Source: an uncultured Candidatus Saccharibacteria bacterium (GTDB lineage: Bacteria; Patescibacteriota; Dojkabacteria; J137). From it: 64,000 nucleotides of DNA. Shown here in pieces: positions 1-9,988 of this stretch (positions are counted from its first letter, which is position 1; each line of letters begins with the position of its first letter). The notes below the pieces were generated by a model. It was not told the DNA's origin, did not search any database, and saw only the letters and a list, made by a program, of their open reading frames with translations. Position numbers and translations under genes: made by a program. Where the stretch lies: the NCBI GenBank assembly GCA_964561155.1, contig CAZLOI010000001.1, positions 3,958 through 67,957 on the forward strand, in the 5' to 3' direction.

Positions 1-819
1 AAATATCTGCATTTCCATCTCTACTTCTTTGATAAACTTCTCTCGATCTTTCTTAGGCATTGCTTTGTATCGTTCTGCTTTCTTGAATAGATCTCTTTCC
101 TTCTCTTCTTCTCTAGATTCTGTCTTAAACTTATCTAGTTGATCCTTAATTTCTTTATGAATACCCTGTGGAGTTATTCCATTGTCTGTATTAAATTTCT
201 CTTGGATACTTCTTCTTCGTCTAGTTTCATCAATTGCCAACTTCATAGAATTTGTAATCTTGTCTGCGTACATTAGTACTCTACCCTGTTCATGTCTCGC
301 AGCTCTACCAATAGTTTGAATTAAACTTGTCTGAGATCTTAGGAATCCTTCCTTGTCTGCATCTAATATTGCAACCAAAGATACTTCTGGTAAATCGAGT
401 CCTTCTCTTAAAAGGTTAATTCCAACCAGTACATCGTATACTCCTTTTCTTAAGTCCTTTAGAATCTCTACTCTTTCTATAGTATCGATATCTGAGTGAA
501 GATATTTACTCTTAACACCTTTCTCTATAAGGTAATCAGATAATTCTTCAGACATTCTTTTTGTTAGTGTTGTAACCAGAACTCTTTGTTTCTTCTTAAT
601 ATTGCTTTCAATCTCTATCATTAAATCCTGTACCTGAGATCTTTCCCAATGGCTTTCGGCAAGGAGAGGCATATCGTTATACCCATTCTCGATTAACGAA
701 CTCTTAAGTGAATTAAATCCTTCAGGACGTGTGGGTCTAACCTCTAGTGTTGGATCTAAAAGTCCAGTAGGACGAATTATCTGATATACAATGCCTTGGT
801 AGTCTTTTGGTAAACTCAT
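1..819 (-). CDS. uvrB: UvrB (excinuclease ABC subunit B) C-terminal region; partial at window edge and N-terminally truncated relative to canonical UvrB
   Basis: Minus-strand translation from ATG at 819..817 gives [30 protein letters not shown]...[18 protein letters not shown]...[69 protein letters not shown]...ITPQGI. This is collinear with E. coli UvrB from about residue 395 onward (helicase domain 3 plus C-terminal region). An in-frame TAA lies 9 codons upstream of the ATG, so domains 1a/1b/2 and the beta-hairpin are not encoded here. The ORF runs off the window at coordinate 1. Confidence 0.7.
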   Translation of the reverse strand, partial: MSLPKDYQGIVYQIIRPTGLLDPTLEVRPTRPEGFNSLKSSLIENGYNDMPLLAESHWERSQVQDLMIEIESNIKKKQRVLVTTLTKRMSEELSDYLIEKGVKSKYLHSDIDTIERVEILKDLRKGVYDVLVGINLLREGLDLPEVSLVAILDADKEGFLRSQTSLIQTIGRAARHEQGRVLMYADKITNSMKLAIDETRRRRSIQEKFNTDNGITPQGIHKEIKDQLDKFKTESREEEKERDLFKKAERYKAMPKKDREKFIKEVEMEMQIF

Positions 820-843
820 ATAAAGATTATACCAAAGCACTGC

Positions 844-872
844 TTGTTACGCATTGATCATTCTTATACAAT
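844..872 (+). promoter_or_regulatory. sigma70-like promoter TTGTTA-N17-TACAAT, 6 nt upstream of the ATG of the VanW-domain gene (candidate leaderless start)
   Basis: TTGTTA at 844-849, 17-nt spacer, TACAAT at 867-872, then AAGAGA, then ATG at 879. No Shine-Dalgarno is visible. Confidence 0.3.
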
Positions 873-878
873 AAGAGA

Positions 879-2384
879 ATGAAGAATCTAGCTTTCTATA
901 GTATTGTTGCAACTCTTGTAATCATATCAGGATGCCTTTCGTACTATATATTCGCAAACACATATAAAACTGATCAACCACTCTTCAACTTCCAAGCAAC
1001 AAACTATATCTACGAAACTATAACAGCAGACCTACTTGGTTCCACCTACGTTACTAGCAGCAGATACGTTCCAGCCGAAGAAATAGCTACGGACTACGGA
1101 AGAGGTACAGATATTGGAAAGGTGCTTTCAGAAGCAGTTGGGATAATAACAGGACCCAACGAAAAAGAATTCTATGTCTTTGATACACAATACTTTATTG
1201 AGAACCTTAAGCTTCCCTTTAAAATATCTGCAGATAATAGCGTATATATAGATAAAGATAACTATCTTCGTAATTGTGAAAGAAATACCTACGATCTTAA
1301 GTTCAACTCAAGAAATATTCAAAACGATATAGATCAAGGAGCTTCTTCAATATCTCTTGATTCATATTTAACAAATCCAGAAAGCCTTGAACTGATATCT
1401 TTGTGTGACGAATACAATGTTACAAAAACAAAAGTTACAGCGATGCTTGGTGCATACTTCGAAGATACTAATTTAACTAAATACTTTAAATACTCTGTCG
1501 ATACAAAAAGATTTGAAGTATCTGATACTATACAGATATCTGAAGCAATATTGGAACTTCGAGATGACTTTGCAAGACCACCGCTTGATCCAGTATACGA
1601 AGAAGTGAATAACGCAATATATCTTCTTTCATACTACGAAAATGGATATGAAATAGATGTCGAGCAAACTTTAAGTAATTTAAGCACATTCCTAGAAAAC
1701 CCAGAGAATGGTTTCAATGTAGAAACATATCTAGTGGAACCCACCATTCTTGCATCAAACAAACCAGTTTTTGATTTTTCTAATCAGATATCTGAAGGAA
1801 AAACTAGAATGGAGTTAATTCGAAATGGCTTTACAAACTGGGTTATTCAGTTCGCAGACTTCGGACTATATGAAATACATAACTACGTAATTAATCCAGG
1901 ACAAGAATTCTCTTTCCTAGGTACAATTAGTCCAAGTAACGGGTTAACTAAATCTGGGTTTCCAATAGATGGTGGAATATGTAACGCTACGACTACAATC
2001 TTTAGAGCAGCTTTAGAAGCAGGGTTACCAATTACAGAGCGATATTATCATTACAAGAATGTTCCATCGTATGATTGGCCATATACTATGAATATCGTTG
2101 ATTCAGCATACTATACCGATCCAAAAGTTGACTTAAAGTTTGTGAATGATACGCCGTATCCAATCCTTATGCGTTTTGAGAAGTATCAGGAAGATGGATA
2201 TCAGTACAATACCGTAAAACTTTATACCAGCAAGAACTTTGATGACAGAAAGGTTGATCTTGTTAACTGGAAGAAATGGAATGAGTTTTCTAATACTCAT
2301 TTCGAAGCTTCGTTTGATCGTGTCGTTTATCAAAATGGAGTTAAGTTAAGAGAGGACAACTTCTACAGCAGGTATTTAGATTAA
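879..2384 (+). CDS. VanW domain-containing protein with N-terminal membrane anchor
   Basis: 501 aa with a hydrophobic N-terminus. C-terminal region PGQEFSFLGTISPSNGL...GGICNATTTIFRAALEAGLPITERYYH...DLKFVNDTPYPILMRF matches the VanW family hallmark (PGExFSF ... GGGvCqvSsTlynAAL.aGL.i.eR.nH ... DLkF.N.T..PI.I). Confidence 0.8.
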   Translation: MKNLAFYSIVATLVIISGCLSYYIFANTYKTDQPLFNFQATNYIYETITADLLGSTYVTSSRYVPAEEIATDYGRGTDIGKVLSEAVGIITGPNEKEFYVFDTQYFIENLKLPFKISADNSVYIDKDNYLRNCERNTYDLKFNSRNIQNDIDQGASSISLDSYLTNPESLELISLCDEYNVTKTKVTAMLGAYFEDTNLTKYFKYSVDTKRFEVSDTIQISEAILELRDDFARPPLDPVYEEVNNAIYLLSYYENGYEIDVEQTLSNLSTFLENPENGFNVETYLVEPTILASNKPVFDFSNQISEGKTRMELIRNGFTNWVIQFADFGLYEIHNYVINPGQEFSFLGTISPSNGLTKSGFPIDGGICNATTTIFRAALEAGLPITERYYHYKNVPSYDWPYTMNIVDSAYYTDPKVDLKFVNDTPYPILMRFEKYQEDGYQYNTVKLYTSKNFDDRKVDLVNWKKWNEFSNTHFEASFDRVVYQNGVKLREDNFYSRYLD

Positions 2385-2473
2385 CACTCTATATCCATTT
2401 ATTGTTACCCGTAATGTCCTTTCGTAATATCTCTTTATTGCACTTTAGTTAATAGATCTATAGAATATACTAA

Positions 2474-3709
2474 ATGTTAAGAATCCTAAGCGTTTTACAC
2501 ATAGTTCTAGCACTTTTTATGCCGATTAGTTCGGTAAATTCTGCGAATTTAGATTCGACAAACTATAGATTGGTTGAACCAAGTATTGGTGAACCTGTTG
2601 GTGGAATAATTGAATCATCTAGTTACAAGATGCTCGTAGACTCAAGTGCTACAGACGACACTATTACAACTAGTTCAAACTATAGATCCGATGCAGGTAC
2701 TGCAAACTTTATAGAAGCTGCTGTTCCAAAGGTTACTTGTTTTGAAACAAGCACTTCTTCTGGAACATGTTCTGCAGGAAGTAATGGTATGCAGGAAGTC
2801 TGCTCTACTCCTGGTTGTTACGACAGAGCAAAGTTTAAGATAGATGCTCAAGGAAACCCAAACGATGTTCGTTATGCTGTACAAATGAGTACGAGTTCTA
2901 CCTTTGCTTCAAACAATTTCTATATTGATAGCGCGACTAGGTTACCTACTCTTTCAATTACAATTGCAGATTTCCTGTACAAGTGTGAATGGGAAGGAAC
3001 TATTCAAGCAGGATATTGTGGAAGTGCAAATACTACATATCAAAAGTTTAATGTATTTGGATTAAGTTCAAACACAACATACTATATACGATTCTCTGCA
3101 TTCCAAGGTGTAACAAGTGATGCTCAGTTTACTCAAAGCGAATGGGGACCATCTGCAAATGCAACCACTGCTGTTCCATCACTAACGCTAGATTTAAATA
3201 TAGCTCCAGATACAGTTACGAATACCAATGTTCCATATATTCTAAACTTTGGTAGCTCCCCTGCAGGTGTTGTTACAACAGCTTCTGACTATATCGTTCT
3301 TAATGTAAGTACGAATGCAGTTAGTGGATTAACTACTTCTGTTAAAGGTTTAAATGGACAATTAGAAAGTGGGTCTAATACCATTCCTGCTGTAAATACA
3401 GATCTAGACACTCTAACCGTTACTAGTGGTTGGGGTATTAGAAATGAATCTACAACAAACTCTCAACAGTATTCAAGCTACTTAGGCTCTGTAACTATTA
3501 GTAATTCTCCTAACGACTTTACAGATGCAGGTGCTGCCAACAAAGTTGGTGCTCCGTCATCTAGTTTTGTTACACTTTTCACTTCAAACCTAATGCCACT
3601 TCATACAGGTATTGCAGGATTTGAATCAAAGATTAAGCCTATAGGTGCTACACCTTCTGGGTTATATGATGAAATAGTTACCTTCATTGTTGTTGGAGAT
3701 TTTGATTAA
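2474..3709 (+). CDS. secreted hypothetical protein (signal peptide, Ser/Thr-rich, several Cys; possible fibronectin-III/Ig-like beta domain)
   Basis: 411 aa. N-terminal MLRILSVLHIVLALFMPISSVNSA looks like a cleavable signal peptide. The composition is typical of extracellular proteins (TTYYIRFSAFQG etc.). No confident family assignment. Confidence 0.45.
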   Translation: MLRILSVLHIVLALFMPISSVNSANLDSTNYRLVEPSIGEPVGGIIESSSYKMLVDSSATDDTITTSSNYRSDAGTANFIEAAVPKVTCFETSTSSGTCSAGSNGMQEVCSTPGCYDRAKFKIDAQGNPNDVRYAVQMSTSSTFASNNFYIDSATRLPTLSITIADFLYKCEWEGTIQAGYCGSANTTYQKFNVFGLSSNTTYYIRFSAFQGVTSDAQFTQSEWGPSANATTAVPSLTLDLNIAPDTVTNTNVPYILNFGSSPAGVVTTASDYIVLNVSTNAVSGLTTSVKGLNGQLESGSNTIPAVNTDLDTLTVTSGWGIRNESTTNSQQYSSYLGSVTISNSPNDFTDAGAANKVGAPSSSFVTLFTSNLMPLHTGIAGFESKIKPIGATPSGLYDEIVTFIVVGDFD

Positions 3710-3739
3710 AGATTCTGATTAATTCTCAATAGATTTCGA

Positions 3740-5107
3740 TTAGAAGATTTCTTCGTAGAACGTTTTTAAGTCTTTCGTTAGATCAAGCTTGTTTAGATTA
3801 AAGTGCATAATACTAAAAGCTGCGGCTAGTACAGAAAGCTTTAAATCATTTACAGATGCATATATAGAAGTTAGCATTAGCATATCAAGGAGAGATTCTT
3901 TCGAGAAAAGCATTCCAGATGTATCAATCTTCTTTTGACCATCATCAAATATTATATTGGTACTAAATCCTTTAACTACTTTTATAGATGAATTGGATTT
4001 AGTAAGCTCCTTTGGACTATCCAATAGTTCTAAATGAATATAATCAAGACTTAGTGTTCTTGATAGATTTATTATTACCCCATCCTTAGCTTCACTTAAT
4101 ATCTTGTTTAATATCAACGAGAATAGTTCCTTCATTTCTTCACTTTGCGCATTTTCAAAAGTATCTATCAATACAATATCACAACTTTGAACTATATCTT
4201 TGTATGTTTTGTTACTTGAACCATTGTAACTATCTGAATGTTTTGCAATACCGGTGCTATTAGAGGAATTAGGAGTACTTGGATTCGAGAGCAAGCTTTG
4301 TATAGACAGCACTTCTATTTCAGTTGGATATGCTATTGCGAATTGCTCTACTCTACGTTGAACTTTGTTTCCGATACCTTTCGTGTCATCGTTAACATCA
4401 TCCAGCGTTACAAACACTATCTTCCCAGCTTTTGACTTATGACTTTTTAGATATGGTTTCTTAATTTCCAATAATTCACCCGGACCAATAACGCTGTGTA
4501 ACGATTCTGGATATATGTTTTCAATAACAAGTGCATTTTTGGTTTTGGGATAGTTAATCGATATAGTTAAACTAGGTGTATATCCAGGAACTGCCTTGTC
4601 TATAGCCAGTATTGGTTTTGAGAAATGAACTATGCGTCTCAAGACATCTGCTGATCTTTTAAGAAGCTTGTCTCCTTCGAAACCAGTTCCAGATAGTGCT
4701 TCGATAATTAAATCACCATTGGGAATATCTTTTGCGTATACATCTTGGAACAAATTTATATTCTTGTTTTTAGATAATTCTAGGAACTTGTTTCTAAATA
4801 GTTCTGAATCAGATTGATTAACTCTTCCTGGAATATATATACGTATCTTTAAATTGCGTTCATTGCTTTCTTTGCCATCATTGCTTTTGAAATCTCTATA
4901 ATATTTTTCTAACTCTTCCGCAATATATAGTGCGTCTAATCCGTTACCTCCCAAACCACAAACGAATATCAAATCTCTGGCGTTTGGGTACTTCTCTAGA
5001 AGAATCTTTAGGAATAGCTTTGCTGATTTCTTGTATATCTCGTCTAGGTCGTATCCAAGATATGAAAGATTGTTGTAAAGGATTCGTGATTTTTGATCAG
5101 AAGTCAT
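3740..5107 (-). CDS. nnr: bifunctional NAD(P)H-hydrate repair enzyme Nnr-like (YjeF_N epimerase plus divergent YjeF_C dehydratase-like domain)
   Basis: N-terminal half FVCGLGGNGLDALYIAEEL...DLIIEALSGTGFEG...PILAIDKAVPG matches the YjeF_N pattern (GxGNNGGDG...DALfGTGl...AiDiPSG). The C-terminal segment VVKGFSTNIIFDDGQKKIDTSG...LSVLAAAFSIMHFNL aligns to the YjeF_C pattern (vlKG..T.I....G......G....G.GD.L.G.I..LLAQ), but the Gly-rich ADP-binding motifs are degenerate. Confidence 0.55.
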   Translation of the reverse strand: MTSDQKSRILYNNLSYLGYDLDEIYKKSAKLFLKILLEKYPNARDLIFVCGLGGNGLDALYIAEELEKYYRDFKSNDGKESNERNLKIRIYIPGRVNQSDSELFRNKFLELSKNKNINLFQDVYAKDIPNGDLIIEALSGTGFEGDKLLKRSADVLRRIVHFSKPILAIDKAVPGYTPSLTISINYPKTKNALVIENIYPESLHSVIGPGELLEIKKPYLKSHKSKAGKIVFVTLDDVNDDTKGIGNKVQRRVEQFAIAYPTEIEVLSIQSLLSNPSTPNSSNSTGIAKHSDSYNGSSNKTYKDIVQSCDIVLIDTFENAQSEEMKELFSLILNKILSEAKDGVIINLSRTLSLDYIHLELLDSPKELTKSNSSIKVVKGFSTNIIFDDGQKKIDTSGMLFSKESLLDMLMLTSIYASVNDLKLSVLAAAFSIMHFNLNKLDLTKDLKTFYEEIF

Positions 5108-5177
5108 ATTGTATTCTATCTGAACAAACTTTTATGAACAAGAAGATTTCGATAACAAGATTTGATATATTAATGTC

Positions 5178-6809
5178 ATGACTGGATTATTTGTAAACTT
5201 AACTCTAATACTTTTCTTGGCTGCGGTATTCTCACTTCTTGCAAAGTGGCTAAGACTACCATCGATTCTTGCCTACATAGCTGCAGGTATTGTCTTTACA
5301 GCTACTGGTTGGGAAGGCCTACATGATCTAGAAGCTTTATCAAAAATTGGAGTAACGCTTCTATTATTTATACTTGGACTTGAATTAAAATTTGGTGAAC
5401 TCAGGAAGGTTGGAAAGATTGCACTGTTAACTGGTATTGGTCAGATTGTATTTACTACAATCTTTGGATACTTCATCTGTATACTTCTCGGGTTTGACCC
5501 AATGACTTCGTTGTTTGTAAGTTTTGCTATAACTTTCTCGAGTACGATTGTGATTGTAAAACTACTTTCAGACAAGAAAGAGTTAACAAGTCTTCATGGA
5601 AGGATTACGGTTGGGTTCCTGTTGGTTCAGGATTTCTCTGCGATTCTTGCTCTAATATTCATGACATCGATTGGAAGTGGGCAAACAGATGTGTTTGCAC
5701 TATTGATTACGTTCCTAAAAGCTATTGGGTTACTTGGTGTTGGCGTTATCTTAAGTCAGGAAGTATTTCCAGCGATAGTTAAAAGAATATCGAATGATAC
5801 TGAAGCGCTTTTCATATTCTCTCTTGCTTGGGCATTTGTATTGGCAGGAATAGTTACATCTCCTTTCTTTGGATTTACGATAGAGATAGGAGGATTTGTT
5901 GCTGGTTTAACTTTGGCCAACTGTTTAGAAAGTACACAGATTGTTTCTAAAGCAAAAGCATTACGGGACTTCTTCATTGTTACATTCTTCGCAGTACTTG
6001 GAGCAAAGCTAGACTTTGCAGGAATTGATACTGTGTTACTTCCATCGTTGGTACTTTCTGTATTTATATTGATAGGTAATCCAGCAATCGTAATGGCAAT
6101 ATTAGGAGCACTTGGATACAAGAGCCGAACAGGGTTTATGTGCGGATTAGCTGTTGCACAGATATCTGAGTTCAGTCTGGTTCTTATCTTCCTAGGGCTT
6201 CAAACGGGTGTTGTTAATGCGTCTGTTGTATCTATGGTTACGTTGGTTGGTATTATCACATTCACTATTTCATCTCTGATGATTCTTCACAGTGAAAGGT
6301 TATATAACTATCTAGCAAAGTATTTAAAGATATTTGAACGAAAGAATATTATTGAGAAGGATTCGTTTAATACAAAAGAGCTGTCTGGTCATACAGTTCT
6401 AATTGGATTAGACAGAATGGGAAAGATTATTGCAAAGAATTTAGGAACAGAGAATACTCTTCTGCTCGATTTTGATCCAGAAGCTGCAAGAGATTTTGTA
6501 GATATGGGATACAACGTTGTGTTTGGAGATGCAACAGATCTTTCTGTTATTGAGAAATGTAGTTTAAAGAATGCCAAGATTATAGTTTCATCTATTCCAA
6601 CTTTCGAAGACAACCTAATACTTTTAAATGCAGTGAAGGAAAAGGCTGGAGAAGGACCTTACGTGATCCTCACAGCGCACAGAATGCATGACAAAGAGGA
6701 GTTGCTTAAGTATGGAGCTGATCATGTAATCATGCCTTACAAGATATCTGGTGAGGTTATTTCAAAGATGATTAAAGATGGGGACTTTGTATCTTCGTTG
6801 AATGTATAG
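5178..6809 (+). CDS. Kef-type monovalent cation:proton antiporter (CPA2) with C-terminal RCK/TrkA-N domain
   Basis: 543 aa. About 12 hydrophobic helices are followed by GHTVLIGLDRMGKIIAKNLGTENTLLLDFDPEAARDFVDMGYNVVFGDATDLSVIEKCSLKNAKIIVS, a Rossmann-type TrkA-N fold (GxGxxG ... D ... GDAT). Confidence 0.7.
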   Translation: MTGLFVNLTLILFLAAVFSLLAKWLRLPSILAYIAAGIVFTATGWEGLHDLEALSKIGVTLLLFILGLELKFGELRKVGKIALLTGIGQIVFTTIFGYFICILLGFDPMTSLFVSFAITFSSTIVIVKLLSDKKELTSLHGRITVGFLLVQDFSAILALIFMTSIGSGQTDVFALLITFLKAIGLLGVGVILSQEVFPAIVKRISNDTEALFIFSLAWAFVLAGIVTSPFFGFTIEIGGFVAGLTLANCLESTQIVSKAKALRDFFIVTFFAVLGAKLDFAGIDTVLLPSLVLSVFILIGNPAIVMAILGALGYKSRTGFMCGLAVAQISEFSLVLIFLGLQTGVVNASVVSMVTLVGIITFTISSLMILHSERLYNYLAKYLKIFERKNIIEKDSFNTKELSGHTVLIGLDRMGKIIAKNLGTENTLLLDFDPEAARDFVDMGYNVVFGDATDLSVIEKCSLKNAKIIVSSIPTFEDNLILLNAVKEKAGEGPYVILTAHRMHDKEELLKYGADHVIMPYKISGEVISKMIKDGDFVSSLNV

Positions 6810-6840
6810 AACAGCAGAATGTTTTAAGTAATTGATACTT

Positions 6841-7392
6841 TTATTTAAACTCCTCCATCTTTTGGAATACAGGAATTAGGTTCGATACATGTTCTTCCAA
6901 TGTTATTCCCATTAGATCTACTCCATATTGAATCTCTTCTCGGTTTATCTTCGCTGCGAACTTAAGCTCCCTAAATCTTTTAAGTACCGATTTTGTTTCC
7001 ATACCGTTAAACCGATCAGCTCCTCGAACCAAAGAGTATGCATAGATTAGTCCAGACATTTCATCTGTAGCAACAAGTACCTTGTCTAGCATCGATTCAG
7101 GTTTAACACCTGTTCTCTCCCACGCATGTGCTGCAACTGCTTGAGTTAGTGCCTCCGGATATCCATTTTCTTTAAAGAACTCAACTGAAACCTTTGGATG
7201 CTCATCTGGATGTTTGTTGTAGTCTAGATCGTGAAGAAGCCCAGTTATATACCAAAGCTCTTTGTCTTCACCATACTTCTCTGCATACATCTCAAGTGCA
7301 TTAGCTACCATCTTTGCGTGCAATATTTGATATGGCTCCGATACCCATTCGTTTAATAGTTTTAATGCTCCATCTCTAGATATTATGCTCAT
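6841..7392 (-). CDS. HD-domain metal-dependent phosphohydrolase
   Basis: 183 aa. ILHAKMVANALEMYAEKYGED...ITGLLHDLDY fits the HD motif (H...HD). Overlaps the upstream ORF by 4 nt (ATGA), i.e. operonic with lysS. Confidence 0.6.
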   Translation of the reverse strand: MSIISRDGALKLLNEWVSEPYQILHAKMVANALEMYAEKYGEDKELWYITGLLHDLDYNKHPDEHPKVSVEFFKENGYPEALTQAVAAHAWERTGVKPESMLDKVLVATDEMSGLIYAYSLVRGADRFNGMETKSVLKRFRELKFAAKINREEIQYGVDLMGITLEEHVSNLIPVFQKMEEFK

Positions 7393-7739
7393 TCTCCAAT
7401 ATATAAATTTGATATACCTCTTAAACTTAGTTCTGAAGTTACCCTCTGGTAATTAAAATGATAAACCTTCAACATATCATTTGGTGTTGGGTTTGCAGGA
7501 TATCTAATCTCACTAAGTTGATAGTAATGATCTTCTGATTTCATTCCTTCTGTATCTTTTCGTTCCACTGTTAGCATATTCCCGTCTACTCTTGGTCTAT
7601 ATACTAAGACTCCATTTTCTTCAGTAAAAGTTAGTACATCCCTCATTACCCAGAATGAAAGAGTTCGTTGAACATTCGTCACTTCTTCATAAGTTGCTTC
7701 CGGTAACTCTGATGTTAGTTGATCTTTCATATTATTCAT
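7389..7739 (-). CDS. hypothetical protein (116 aa), co-transcribed between lysS and the HD hydrolase
   Basis: ORF with consistent codon usage, translationally coupled on both sides. No recognisable motif. Confidence 0.35.
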   Translation of the reverse strand: MNNMKDQLTSELPEATYEEVTNVQRTLSFWVMRDVLTFTEENGVLVYRPRVDGNMLTVERKDTEGMKSEDHYYQLSEIRYPANPTPNDMLKVYHFNYQRVTSELSLRGISNLYIGE

Positions 7740-7758
7740 AAAGTTATTATTTCTTTTC

Positions 7759-9324
7759 TTATTTCTTATCTACCTTAGTTCTATTTGCTTCTAGTTCATC
7801 AAAGTCTAATTCTGTATAAATCTTTCTTGTTAGATCTTCGTAACTAAACTTTAGTTGTGGGAAAGGAACACCTTCTCTTGCTGTTACGTTTTCTAGGAAC
7901 CAGAATACTCTTTCTGAATGTCCATATCCAAAAGTTGGTGGCATTCCATATTCAAGCATCTCTACATAGTCTATATCCAACCATTGAGCTTCGTCATCTC
8001 CATTGTCTCTAAGTTTCTGTTGTTCCAAGAATCTCTCATATTGATCAATCGCATCGTTTACTTCACTCCATCCGTTACCTAGTTCTGAACCTGCAATTAT
8101 TGGTTGAAATCTCTCAACCATATTAGGATTATCTACACTTGCTTTCTGCAGTGGAGACAGGTATTTTGGATGATTAACAAGGAATGCTGGGCCTCCAATA
8201 TTCTTTCTTAATCTCTTCCATAGTGCATCTACTCCTCTTGGAATATTAATTGATCTTTCAAATGATATATTGTGTTTAGTTAATAGCTCCTTAACTTCCT
8301 CGATTGTTATTGTATATATGTCTTTAACTCCGTATGATTCTTTGAAGATCTCATTGAAATCTATTATTTCCCAATCCTTTGAGAAATCTACAGTGAATTC
8401 TCTAATCTGGAATACCATTTGTCCACCGTATACTCTCCCTATTACATACTTGAATAGATCTTGTATTAATTTCATTCCATCTTTCCAGTTTGCATATGCC
8501 CAATAGAATTCCATAGCTACATGCTCAGGAAGATGTTCATCTGAAAGTCCTTCGTTTCTAAATCTTGGTCCAATATCATATACTTTCTCGAATCCTCCAC
8601 CGATTAATCTCTTTAGTGGCAATTCATGGGATATTCTTAAGAAGAAATCTTCATTGATTGCGTTCATGTGAGTCATGAAAGGAACTGCGTCTCCTCCTCC
8701 TGGAATATGTTCCAATACTGGGATACTTATTTCATAGAAGTCAGCTTTATCAAAGAATTCCCTGTGTGCAGTCCAAAATAGCGCTCTTCGTTTTATTCTC
8801 TCTTTTACTTCTGTATTCACATTCATATCAACATATCTTCTTCTGAATCTTTCTTCTTTGTCTTCAAGTGTTGTAGGCATAGGTCGTAGAACCTTTGTTA
8901 GCATGACTATTTCTTTTGCTAGAATTGATTCTTCTCCTCTTTGAGTTTTTGTAACTTCTCCAGATACTTCTATAAAGTCTCCAGCGTCTAGTAAATCAAG
9001 TTCTTCAAAACTTAGGCTTCTTGTTTCTTTAAGCTCTGTAACACTTAGGCCATCGAATCTAATATAGATTTGAATCTTTCCAGTATCATCCATTAGATCC
9101 ATGAATTTAAGCTTTCCGTGAGATCTTATATTCTTTATTCTTCCAGCTACGATTACGTTCTTTCCAGTATAGGAGTCGAAATCTGAAGTTACTTGAGATA
9201 TCTTTGTATCCTTTCTTGTCTCACTTGGGTATGCAGAAACCTTCAACTTTTGTAGTTCATGCAATTTATCTATTCTTTGTTGCCTTTGCCCTAACAAGTC
9301 AGAGGATTCTACTGGATCGTTCAT
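7759..9324 (-). CDS. lysS: lysyl-tRNA synthetase, class II
   Basis: 521 aa. N-terminal OB-fold anticodon-binding region. Core FLRISHELPLKRLIGGGFEKVYDIGPRFRNEGLSDEHLPEHVAMEFYWAYANWKDGMKL aligns with LysRS motif 1/2 region (yLRIapELyLKRLvvGGfErVFEInRnFRNEGis.rHNPEFTmmElY.AYadykD). The C-terminal GMPPTFGYGHSERVFWFL region fits class II motif 3. Confidence 0.85.
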   Translation of the reverse strand: MNDPVESSDLLGQRQQRIDKLHELQKLKVSAYPSETRKDTKISQVTSDFDSYTGKNVIVAGRIKNIRSHGKLKFMDLMDDTGKIQIYIRFDGLSVTELKETRSLSFEELDLLDAGDFIEVSGEVTKTQRGEESILAKEIVMLTKVLRPMPTTLEDKEERFRRRYVDMNVNTEVKERIKRRALFWTAHREFFDKADFYEISIPVLEHIPGGGDAVPFMTHMNAINEDFFLRISHELPLKRLIGGGFEKVYDIGPRFRNEGLSDEHLPEHVAMEFYWAYANWKDGMKLIQDLFKYVIGRVYGGQMVFQIREFTVDFSKDWEIIDFNEIFKESYGVKDIYTITIEEVKELLTKHNISFERSINIPRGVDALWKRLRKNIGGPAFLVNHPKYLSPLQKASVDNPNMVERFQPIIAGSELGNGWSEVNDAIDQYERFLEQQKLRDNGDDEAQWLDIDYVEMLEYGMPPTFGYGHSERVFWFLENVTAREGVPFPQLKFSYEDLTRKIYTELDFDELEANRTKVDKK

Positions 9325-9452
9325 ATATGGTTTATAACTACCGAATTATACCTTGTTCTTCTGCTAATTTGCTATTCTGTCTTTGAAATATTACAAAAGA
9401 CCTATTAATTAATGTTGTTGCCAAATATTGATACCTGCCAGTATAATTCGGC

Positions 9453-9812
9453 GTGATATTTGATAGAGTAAAAAGCCAGGACAATATAATAGGATCAGTG
9501 GATTGCACAGATCTTGAACAGACAGCAGGAACCCTTATGGGCCTTCTTGTAACTATGGGTATGGCTAATCCTGCTACTCCTACCAACAATTCCAATAAAG
9601 CAGTGAGTATAAAGAAGAAGGGAAAAGGATATACAATAACGATTGGCTTATTTAATCCTCCACTTACCTTTACTTGGACAGGACTATTTAAACAAAGTCA
9701 CCTTGTTGAAGTATTGTCGAAGATAATTGAGGATAACAAGAGAATTAGTAGTATCAATACAGTAACAAACCCTTCTGGGCTTAAGTATATTCAGCTTGGG
9801 TTAGCAGTTTAA
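9453..9812 (+). CDS. hypothetical protein (GTG start; first in-frame ATG at residue 29)
   Basis: 119-aa ORF in an otherwise unassigned 720-bp region. TTGCCA-N18-TATAAT (9418-9447) sits 5 nt upstream of the GTG. Coding status is uncertain because overlapping minus-strand short ORFs exist. Confidence 0.2.
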   Translation: MIFDRVKSQDNIIGSVDCTDLEQTAGTLMGLLVTMGMANPATPTNNSNKAVSIKKKGKGYTITIGLFNPPLTFTWTGLFKQSHLVEVLSKIIEDNKRISSINTVTNPSGLKYIQLGLAV

Positions 9813-9988
9813 GGGAAACTAATTGGCTCTGTGAATGATATAGGAGAAAGCACATTTGGACTAGCTATCTGAATATCATTAAACTTCAAAGCAAAGAAAA
9901 GAATCATTAATACATTAATTCCCACTACGATAAGTCCAAAAGTCATTAATCCGTTTTTTCTAGTTGAGTTCATATATTCATTATACAC

